This document shows positions 9,484 through 15,559 of a stretch of 28,243 bases of DNA, in pieces; position 1 is the first letter of the stretch; the number at the start of each line of letters is the position of its first letter. Position numbers and translations under genes: made by a program. The stretch is taken from the IMG/VR virus record IMGVR_UViG_3300049173_000073, positions 1 through 28,243 of that record. The stretch is one strand, 5' to 3'. A model generated the notes under the pieces. That model had not been told where the DNA came from, searched no databases, and was given only the letters and a program-made list of their open reading frames with translations. This stretch comes from a virus. Taxonomy: Duplodnaviria > Caudoviricetes.

Positions 9484-10323
9484 TTGAAGCTCGTCACCAG
9501 ATCCCAACTCGGCTGGCCCGCCTCGGAAGCACCGACACAGACGTCCACCAAGGGCGTCAAGGTCCACTACGAGGGCACCGAGGTCAGCACCAAGCTGCTC
9601 ACCGACCACGAGGCGTGCATCGCCGAGTGGAAGGCCATCCGTAAGTCCCACCTGGCGAACACCAAGGAGAACTACTCCGACATCGCCTACAACTACGGGG
9701 CCTGCCCGCACGGCTATCTCCTCGAGGGCCGCGGCATCGGCAAGCGCACCGGCGCCAACGGGAACCAGGACCTCAACAAGGCGCACTACGCGATCGTTGG
9801 CCTGGTGGGCAGCGAGGGGCTCATCCAACCGACGGACGCCATGCTCGGCGCGATCCGCGACGGCATTGAGCTGCTGCGCAAGCACGGCGCCGGAACTGAG
9901 GTCAAGGGCCACAAGGACGGCTACGCCACCTCGTGCCCGGGCCCGAAGCTGTACGCGTGGGTGCAGAAGGGGGCGCCCCGGCCGGGCGGCACCGTCACCC
10001 AGCCTTCCCAGCCCACCCCGGCGAAGCCGAAGGTGTCCCTGGCGCACGTCGTGTACGCGGCCCGCCACGACCCGGCCGCCGCACAGGGCCACACCACTCA
10101 CAAGGCCGAGGTCCTCACCGTCGAGAAGGCGCTCAAGGCCGAGGGCCTGCTCGCCTCCCAGTACGTCGACGGCAGCTTCGGCACCAAGACGCTGGAGGCG
10201 TATGCCCGCTGGCAGCGCTCTCCAGCTGGCGGCGGCTACGTCGGCACCGGCGCCGACGGGATCCCCGGCGCCGCGTCTCTGCGCCGCCTCGCCGCCCGGC
10301 ACGGCTTCACCGTCACCGCCTGA
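9484..10323 (+). CDS. Endolysin: N-acetylmuramoyl-L-alanine amidase (Amidase_2/PGRP-like) with C-terminal peptidoglycan-binding domain
   Basis: AGGAG at 9471 then TTG9484 (MKLVTRSQLGW); VHY, DIAYNY, EGRG and GHKD...TSCPG zinc-amidase motifs; VDGSFGTKT and ADGIPG PG-binding motifs. Confidence 0.9.
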   Translation: MKLVTRSQLGWPASEAPTQTSTKGVKVHYEGTEVSTKLLTDHEACIAEWKAIRKSHLANTKENYSDIAYNYGACPHGYLLEGRGIGKRTGANGNQDLNKAHYAIVGLVGSEGLIQPTDAMLGAIRDGIELLRKHGAGTEVKGHKDGYATSCPGPKLYAWVQKGAPRPGGTVTQPSQPTPAKPKVSLAHVVYAARHDPAAAQGHTTHKAEVLTVEKALKAEGLLASQYVDGSFGTKTLEAYARWQRSPAGGGYVGTGADGIPGAASLRRLAARHGFTVTA

Positions 10324-10342
10324 TCTACGAGAGGAACCACCC

Positions 10343-10609
10343 ATGTCTCAGCTCCACTTGCCTGATGCCGAGACCGTCGTGAAGACGGCTGGCACTTACG
10401 CTCGCGACCTCGCCGAGCGCACCCTTGCCACCGCAGTCGTCGCTGCCGGTGGCGTCGCCGTGGCGGCCGGGCCCGCCGACATGTTCCACGCCTCCTTCTG
10501 GGAGACGATGGCCGCAGCCGGGATCGCCGCCGGGGGCACCCTGCTTAAGGGCATGCTGGCCAGAGCGTTCGGCACGAAGAACTCCGCGAGCCTCGTCAAG
10601 GGCGTGTGA
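10343..10609 (+). CDS. Holin (r1t-like)
   Basis: 88 aa directly after the endolysin; DLAERTLAT motif; two hydrophobic segments; ends NSASLV; GAGGA RBS. Confidence 0.75.
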   Translation: MSQLHLPDAETVVKTAGTYARDLAERTLATAVVAAGGVAVAAGPADMFHASFWETMAAAGIAAGGTLLKGMLARAFGTKNSASLVKGV

Positions 10610-11037
10610 TGCGCGCGGCGGCCCGGCGGCTCGGCCAGCAGCTAGGCCGCCGCGGAACCCTTCTCATCCTCAAGGGCACCATCGCCACCCTCTACGGCTA
10701 CGGGCAGATCGCCGAGCCGGTCCGCGACCGGCGCGGACTCTGCCTGCTCCTCAAGCTCATGCCCCTCGAAGCCTGGGGCTGGGCGTGGATCGCGGCTGGC
10801 GTGACTGCGCTGGCCTGTGCGTGGCTGCCCCCGCGTAGGGACTGGCCCGGGTTCCTCGCCGTGTGGGCGATCACCGCCCCGTGGTCGATGGCGTTCCTGG
10901 TGGCGTGGTGGCCGCTCGGTGAATACCCGCGGGGCTGGATCGCAGCCCTGATCTTCGGTGCGTTCGGAGCCGTGTGCCTGGTGGCGATCGGCTGGGACGA
11001 GCCACCGGCACGAACGGAGCGCGTGCGTGAGACCTGA
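10609..11037 (+). CDS. Multi-pass membrane protein of the lysis cassette
   Basis: About 4 hydrophobic segments; LGRRG N-terminal motif; start overlaps the holin stop. Confidence 0.7.
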   Translation: MRAAARRLGQQLGRRGTLLILKGTIATLYGYGQIAEPVRDRRGLCLLLKLMPLEAWGWAWIAAGVTALACAWLPPRRDWPGFLAVWAITAPWSMAFLVAWWPLGEYPRGWIAALIFGAFGAVCLVAIGWDEPPARTERVRET

Positions 11038-11395
11038 GATGCTGACCGCGCTGTCCGCGCTGGCCGTCGCCATCGTCACCGCCCTGGGTGCGGTCATCAC
11101 TGCCATCGTCGGCCGTCGGCAACCGCGCGGGCAGCAGCGCCGCGACGACTTCACCACCATCGTCGGCGAACTGCGCACCAGTCTGACCGAGGTGAAGACG
11201 GAGCTGGGCAAGCAGAAGGAGCAGTCTGAACGGGACCGAGGCCGGATCACCGCCCAGGATTTCGCGCTCCGCTACCTCGCCGGGTGGGCCCGCTCTCTGG
11301 TCGGGTACATGCGCGAGCAGCGCCTGGAGCCACCACCGCCACCGCAGCCCGTCCCCGACGAGGTGCGCCCGTACCTGCACGACATCAGCCCATGA
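11027..11395 (+). CDS. Single-TM coiled-coil membrane protein of the lysis cassette
   Basis: GGAG at 11016 then GTG11027; N-terminal TM, coiled coil, C-terminal PPPPPQP. Confidence 0.7.
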   Translation: MRPEMLTALSALAVAIVTALGAVITAIVGRRQPRGQQRRDDFTTIVGELRTSLTEVKTELGKQKEQSERDRGRITAQDFALRYLAGWARSLVGYMREQRLEPPPPPQPVPDEVRPYLHDISP

Positions 11396-11397
11396 CC

Positions 11398-11434
11398 GCG
11401 GCCCCGCTCTCCTCCGGGAGAGCGGGGCCGCTTT
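11398..11434 (+). terminator. Intrinsic terminator ending the late operon
   Basis: Perfect 15-bp stem GCGGCCCCGCTCTCC / GGAGAGCGGGGCCGC, 4-nt loop, followed by TTT. Confidence 0.85.
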
Positions 11435-11446
11435 CGTGCGTCCGGC

Positions 11447-11452
11447 TACGCT
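11447..11452 (+). promoter_or_regulatory. Putative -10 box for a leaderless HAD transcript
   Basis: TACGCT ends 6 nt before ATG11459; no Shine-Dalgarno sequence. Confidence 0.5.
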
Positions 11453-11458
11453 GCCGAC

Positions 11459-12112
11459 ATGATTCGAGCTGTGATCTTCGACGTTGGTGAGTGCCTCGTA
11501 GACGAAACCCGCGAGTACGGCACATGGGCCGACTGGCTCGGTGTACCTCGGCATACCTTCCACTCGATGTTCGGCGCGGTCATCGCCCAGGGCCGTGACT
11601 ACCGCGAGGTGTTCCAGGAATTCCGGCCAGGCTTCGACCTGTACGACGAGCGCGAGAAGCGGGCTGCCGCCGGCCAGCCTGAATGGTTCGGCGAAGACGA
11701 CCTGTACGCCGACGTGCGCCCCGCCCTCCACCAGCTCCGAGCGGACGGGCTGTGGCTGGGCATCGCGGGCAACCAGACGGTCCGCGCCGGAGGCCTCTTG
11801 CGCAAGTTGTTCACCGACGACGTCGACCTGATCGGCACCTCGGACGACTGGGGCGCCAGCAAGCCGGACCCCGAGTTCTTCCGCCGGGTCGCCGAGGTCA
11901 CCCCGGTCGCCACCGACGAGATCCTCTACGTCGGAGACCGCGTCGACAACGACCTCCGCCCGGGCGCCGCGGCAGGCATGCACACCGCCCTCGTCCACCG
12001 CGGCCCGTGGGCGACGATCCAGTGGAACACCGAGGAAGCAGTGAAGCTCCCGACCTTCAGGGTCGAGAGCCTCCTGGAACTGCCCGGCCTGATCGGCGAG
12101 TTCAACGGCTGA
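11459..12112 (+). CDS. HAD-superfamily hydrolase (phosphatase)
   Basis: Motif I VIFDVGE, motif II GIAGN, motif III SKPDP, motif IV YVGDRVDND. Confidence 0.92.
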   Translation: MIRAVIFDVGECLVDETREYGTWADWLGVPRHTFHSMFGAVIAQGRDYREVFQEFRPGFDLYDEREKRAAAGQPEWFGEDDLYADVRPALHQLRADGLWLGIAGNQTVRAGGLLRKLFTDDVDLIGTSDDWGASKPDPEFFRRVAEVTPVATDEILYVGDRVDNDLRPGAAAGMHTALVHRGPWATIQWNTEEAVKLPTFRVESLLELPGLIGEFNG

Positions 12113-13319
12113 GGGCACTGACGGTCGTTGACCAGCCATAGAGGCGGTCGTCGAGGTCGCGCACACACTGCTCGTGCTGGTGCGGCGCCAGAGCGCGCCG
12201 CACCTCCCGCACCCGATCCATGCCCATGGCGTACCAGGTCCGCTCCAACTGATCGAGCGCCCGCAGCGCGTACCCGCACGCCGCATCGGGGTCACCGGCC
12301 GCTGCCTCGACGGATGCGAGATCTCCGAGCACGACCGTCCGCTGCTTCTCCTCGGCAGGGTCGAGCGCGCCAAGGACGCCGAGCAGCGTTTCCCGGGCCT
12401 GCGGGAGATGGCGGGCGCGCAGCTCCACATTGCCCTTGAAGGCGGCCAGCCGTACCGGCGAGAACCAGTCCAGCCACTCTGGCGACTGGTGCTCGTTGCC
12501 CACGTCGAGGAGATCCTCCGCGTGCCGGATCAGGTGCAGCGCCGTGCGCGTGTTCCCGCACCGGGTCTCGCACTCCGCCTCGACCGCGTCCAGCCACGCC
12601 AACAGCTCGGCCGACGCCGGTCCCCGCCGGGCGTAGGTTCGCGCGGCCACCATCCGTTCCACCGCATCGTCTCGGTCACCGGCCCATCCGGGGATGAACG
12701 CCGTGTGCGCGAGGACCGCGGCGCCGAGCAGCGAATCATCGGCTTCGCCTGCGGCTTGGAGCGCGCGAAGCAGGGTCTGCTGCGCGCGGTCGGCGTCCCT
12801 CATGTCGAAGAACTCGATGCGTCCGGCGAGGAGCCACGTCTCGGCGAGGGCCGCAGCGATCCGGACCCGGGTCTGCCCTACGGTCTCCGGCAGCAGGGCA
12901 CAGCCGAAGGTGGCGTGCGCGAGCGCGGTCGGATGCAGGGTGGCCGGCGCGACGGACCAGTACAGCCTCCGGTGGGAGCGGGTGACCGCCGCGTAGTCAT
13001 CGGCTGCGGTCGCGGGCTGTACGGCGACGGCATGGGTGGGGACAGCGGCGAGCCCGCCCGTTGCGGTCAGGATGGTGCGCCGGGCGGGTCCGGCCGGATG
13101 ACTTCCGGGCGGGGTGAATCCAAGCGCTTCCAACTCCTGGCCCAGGACCCGTGTGAGAGCCTGGGCTACCTCAGGCTGTGGCCAGGGCGGCGCCTCGGAT
13201 TCCCACCGGCGGACCTGCCGGACGCCGACCTTGAGGGCATCGGCGAGGGCCTGCTGAGAGTGGTAACCAGCCGCGAGGCGTGCGGCCTTGAGGCGGGTGT
13301 TTCCTGCGGGGCGTGCCAC
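12102..13319 (-). CDS. XRE-family HTH regulator with C-terminal TPR-like helical domain
   Basis: GGAGG at 13327-13331 then GTG13319; LKAARLAAGYHSQQALADALKVGVRQVRRWE HTH; Ala/Leu-rich helical repeats; 405 aa; 11-bp convergent overlap with the HAD gene. Confidence 0.85.
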   Translation of the reverse strand: MARPAGNTRLKAARLAAGYHSQQALADALKVGVRQVRRWESEAPPWPQPEVAQALTRVLGQELEALGFTPPGSHPAGPARRTILTATGGLAAVPTHAVAVQPATAADDYAAVTRSHRRLYWSVAPATLHPTALAHATFGCALLPETVGQTRVRIAAALAETWLLAGRIEFFDMRDADRAQQTLLRALQAAGEADDSLLGAAVLAHTAFIPGWAGDRDDAVERMVAARTYARRGPASAELLAWLDAVEAECETRCGNTRTALHLIRHAEDLLDVGNEHQSPEWLDWFSPVRLAAFKGNVELRARHLPQARETLLGVLGALDPAEEKQRTVVLGDLASVEAAAGDPDAACGYALRALDQLERTWYAMGMDRVREVRRALAPHQHEQCVRDLDDRLYGWSTTVSALSR

Positions 13320-13362
13320 TGATGCACCTCCGTGGTGAGCACTGCCGCAAGTGTCGCCCTGG

Positions 13363-13443
13363 GTCCTCCAATTGGCTAGCCGCAACCCTACCGAGCGCAC
13401 GAAAGTCCTCTTTACGGCAGCGAAAAGACCTCTTCGAGTCCTC
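13363..13443. promoter_or_regulatory. Helically phased G(T/A)CCTC direct repeats in the divergent promoter region
   Basis: Copies at 13363, 13405, 13427 and 13438 (spacings 42, 22, 11). Confidence 0.45.
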
Positions 13444-13510
13444 GGCACGATGCAATTGCAGGGCCACTCTTGTACGCACCTGATCAACCAGGCGCCCCGA
13501 GGAGCCATCG

Positions 13511-14335
13511 ATGCCGACCACGCGCTTACCGTCCGCCGCAGGCTGCACGCTCGAAGACGCCGGACAGGACTGGGACGCCATCCGCGTACCGCGCACCATC
13601 GGAGCATCGGCCGTCGCGATCCTCGGTGCACGCTGCGGCGCCGTCGTCGATGACCCCCTAACCTCGCTGACGTATTTCTTCACCCCCATCGGCACCGCCG
13701 CCCGGTGGGACGTGGCCGGCACGCGCGCGCTCGGCAAGGGCTCGACCGTGGCGATTCCCCCGGCCCGGCGCACCGAGGGTGGTGGCCCGCACTGGCGGGT
13801 CTGCCCCGGCAAAGACGGGTGGATCACTGACCCCCGCGCCTTGCAGGCTGCTCTGGAGGACAGCAACGGCACCCGCCAGGCGCTCGCTCTGTTGGTGCTC
13901 CCCGCCCTTGACGGGCTGTCGGAGGGGCAGGTGCGAGGGAAGGCCTGTGTCTGGTGCGGCGTCATCCTCACGGCCGAAACGGCCGTCGACCTCGGCCCCC
14001 GCCGCAAGAGCCGCCTCGACGGGGCCTACGACTGGTTCCCCCGCGCATGCAAGGCCTCCGCTGGACTGGCAGCCTTCCGCGCCCTGCACCAGCACGCACC
14101 GACATGTGAGCAGTGCGTCGCCGACAGCGGGCGATGCGAGACCGGACGGGCCCTGTGGCGCCTCGTCCGCGATGGCAACCGCTACGCCGGGCTCCTGAAG
14201 CGTCTCTCGAATGCCGTCCTGCCGTGCGAGCCGTGCGTGACGGCCCGGATCTTCGGTGGCGACCACGGGTGCACGGGGACCGCCCACATGCCAGCCGGGC
14301 AGCCGTGCCCGTGCTGCTCGAAGGGCGGCTCCTGA
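13511..14335 (+). CDS. Multi-domain hypothetical protein (WDAIRVP domain plus Cys-rich domains) with a TTA codon
   Basis: GAGGAG RBS; codon 6 is TTA; several CxxC motifs in the C-terminal half. Confidence 0.7.
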   Translation: MPTTRLPSAAGCTLEDAGQDWDAIRVPRTIGASAVAILGARCGAVVDDPLTSLTYFFTPIGTAARWDVAGTRALGKGSTVAIPPARRTEGGGPHWRVCPGKDGWITDPRALQAALEDSNGTRQALALLVLPALDGLSEGQVRGKACVWCGVILTAETAVDLGPRRKSRLDGAYDWFPRACKASAGLAAFRALHQHAPTCEQCVADSGRCETGRALWRLVRDGNRYAGLLKRLSNAVLPCEPCVTARIFGGDHGCTGTAHMPAGQPCPCCSKGGS

Positions 14336-14506
14336 TGCTCTGTGCCCGCTGCGATAAGCCCATCAAAGGAGACCTGGCTCAGCCCGTGGATGTTGACCGA
14401 CCGACGGGGGCGGGGGGGGACGCTGTACGTCCACCCGTACCTGTGCAGGAAGGCGCAGACCCAGACCTCTCCCGCATCCCGGCCGGAGCCGATGCGGGAG
14501 GGATGA
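14335..14506 (+). pseudogene. Small CxxC...H...C protein frameshifted in a G8 run
   Basis: ATG overlaps the upstream stop; MLCARCDKPI...PTGAGG continues TLYVHPYLCRKAQTQTSP...stop 14506 only if one G is removed from 14412-14419. Confidence 0.55.
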
Positions 14507-14574
14507 ACGGCCGCTACGTCCCCTGCGGGCGGCCAAGACCCGCCGCCGGTGCCTACCCCGACGCCGGCGGCGGG

Positions 14575-14802
14575 TCACCTGACGAGGTCGGCAAGCGGCA
14601 CGTCGAGGGCGCGGGCGATGACGATCAGGTGCACGTACTTGATGCCGGCACCGGCCTCGATCCGCTGAATCGTCGATCGCCCTAACTCGGCCCTCTCGGC
14701 GAGCTTCTCCTGGCTCAGGTTGGCGTGCTCGCGGGCCTCGCGGATGCGGTCGCCCTGCTGTTGGCAGGCGAGTCGGATCCATTCGGGCTGAGCATCGGGC
14801 AC
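14575..14802 (-). CDS. Small XRE-family HTH regulator
   Basis: GDRIREAREHANLSQEKLAERAELGRSTIQRIEAG is a canonical HTH_3 motif. Confidence 0.9.
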   Translation of the reverse strand: MPDAQPEWIRLACQQQGDRIREAREHANLSQEKLAERAELGRSTIQRIEAGAGIKYVHLIVIARALDVPLADLVR

Positions 14803-14808
14803 CTGTCC

Positions 14809-14837
14809 ACGCTGGGGTGCCGATGATCTTCTGTCAG
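14809..14837 (-). promoter_or_regulatory. Putative leaderless promoter of the small XRE gene
   Basis: Minus strand CTGACA-17 nt-CAGCGT-6 nt-GTG start. Confidence 0.55.
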
Positions 14838-14991
14838 CACCAGAAGTGATGCTTTCGTTGATCTTGACGCTGAGGAAGTGAGGACCTCCGCCACCGGCCG
14901 CACGTCGGTTGCGCCGATAGCGGGATGAGCCCGCCGAAGGTGTTGGAGTCGTTCGTAGAGCGGCTCCGGAGAGGACACCGGAGGCGGGGCA

Positions 14992-15083
14992 GGGCGGCCG
15001 CCCCTCGTGGGGCGGCCGCCCGCTCCACTTCTTCCAGCGGTAGTTGACCGGCCCCCAGCCGGGATCCCGGCCCGGCTGGGGGC
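14992..15083. repeat. Two perfect 13-bp hairpins in non-coding DNA
   Basis: GGGCGGCCGCCCC/GGGGCGGCCGCCC (14992-15021) and GCCCCCAGCCGGG/CCCGGCTGGGGGC (15051-15083). Confidence 0.75.
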
Positions 15084-15163
15084 TGTTGGCGCTTCCATAA
15101 TCGTCGGACTCTCGGGCCAGCTACGGGCCAGCAAATGATCATGAGACCGGCCTAAAACGGACA

Positions 15164-15198
15164 GGACCCCAGCTCATTTCTGCTCTGAGCTGGGGTCC
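15164..15198 (-). terminator. Hairpin just downstream of the tRNA 3' fragment (likely terminator for the reconstituted tRNA)
   Basis: Perfect 13-bp stem GGACCCCAGCTCA / TGAGCTGGGGTCC, 9-nt loop. Confidence 0.7.
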
Positions 15199-15202
15199 AG
15201 TA

Positions 15203-15248
15203 GGTAGGCCCTGTGGGACTCGAACCCACAACCAATGGATTAAAAGTC
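15203..15248 (-). other. 3' half of tRNA-Lys(UUU), the att core; not a complete tRNA
   Basis: Minus strand GACTTTTAATCCATTGGTTGTGGGTTCGAGTCCCACAGGGCCTACC: anticodon loop CTTTTAA, T-arm GTGGG-TTCGAGT-CCCAC; D-arm and 5' acceptor strand absent. Confidence 0.9.
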
Positions 15249-15287
15249 TGATGAGAGCCCATGACATCGCGCCCCGACGTCTTTGCC

Positions 15288-15369
15288 TCACCCCATCTCA
15301 CCCCAAGGTGTGCAGCTCAGCGCCGGTTTGCCTCGGTGCCACGTCAAGGCTTCACCCCATCTCACCCCA
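15288..15369. repeat. Two copies of TCACCCCATCTCACCCCA (candidate Xis or accessory-factor sites)
   Basis: Identical 18-mers at 15288-15305 and 15352-15369, each containing TCACCCCA twice at 10-bp spacing. Confidence 0.7.
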
Positions 15370-15419
15370 CCGCGTATCGCGCTCTTGCGTGGCGTTCGGG
15401 CCAGCACGGGGCCAGCAGG

Positions 15420-15451
15420 AAGGGCCCCCAACCCGCAGGTCGGAGGCCCTT
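15420..15451 (-). terminator. Putative integrase terminator
   Basis: 14-bp stem that pairs fully (with two G-U pairs) only on the minus-strand transcript. Confidence 0.6.
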
Positions 15452-15559
15452 TCGCTGTCCTCGAGTCTACGCCGCAGCGGGGACTCTGTCAGTGCTGGCG
15501 CGTAGCGTGAAACCGTTCATCATCCGCGCTGTTGGCTGCGGCGCTGCTGCTGAAGGCCC

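Larger units (their letters stand above)
15114..15416. other. Putative attP: tRNA-Lys core with paired arm-type sites on both sides
   Basis: GGGCCAGC at 15114 and 15125 on the left and at 15398 and 15409 on the right (11-bp spacing in both pairs); adjacent to the integrase 3' end. Confidence 0.8.

Noticed and set aside
13320-13631. N-terminal extension of the XRE-TPR regulator
   Set aside because: Overlaps the divergent gene and promoter region; GGAGG plus GTG13319 sits right before the HTH
11396-15113. Known anti-phage defence or arbitrium system in the accessory block
   Set aside because: No recognisable nuclease, TIR/SIR2, RT or toxin motif, and no secreted pro-peptide ORF found; kept only as a hypothesis
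15203-15280. Complete tRNA-Lys gene
   Set aside because: Similarity stops in the anticodon stem; no D-arm or 5' acceptor strand
14715-15510. Short ORFs spanning the attP region
   Set aside because: Low-complexity translations without RBS, overlapping hairpins and att repeats
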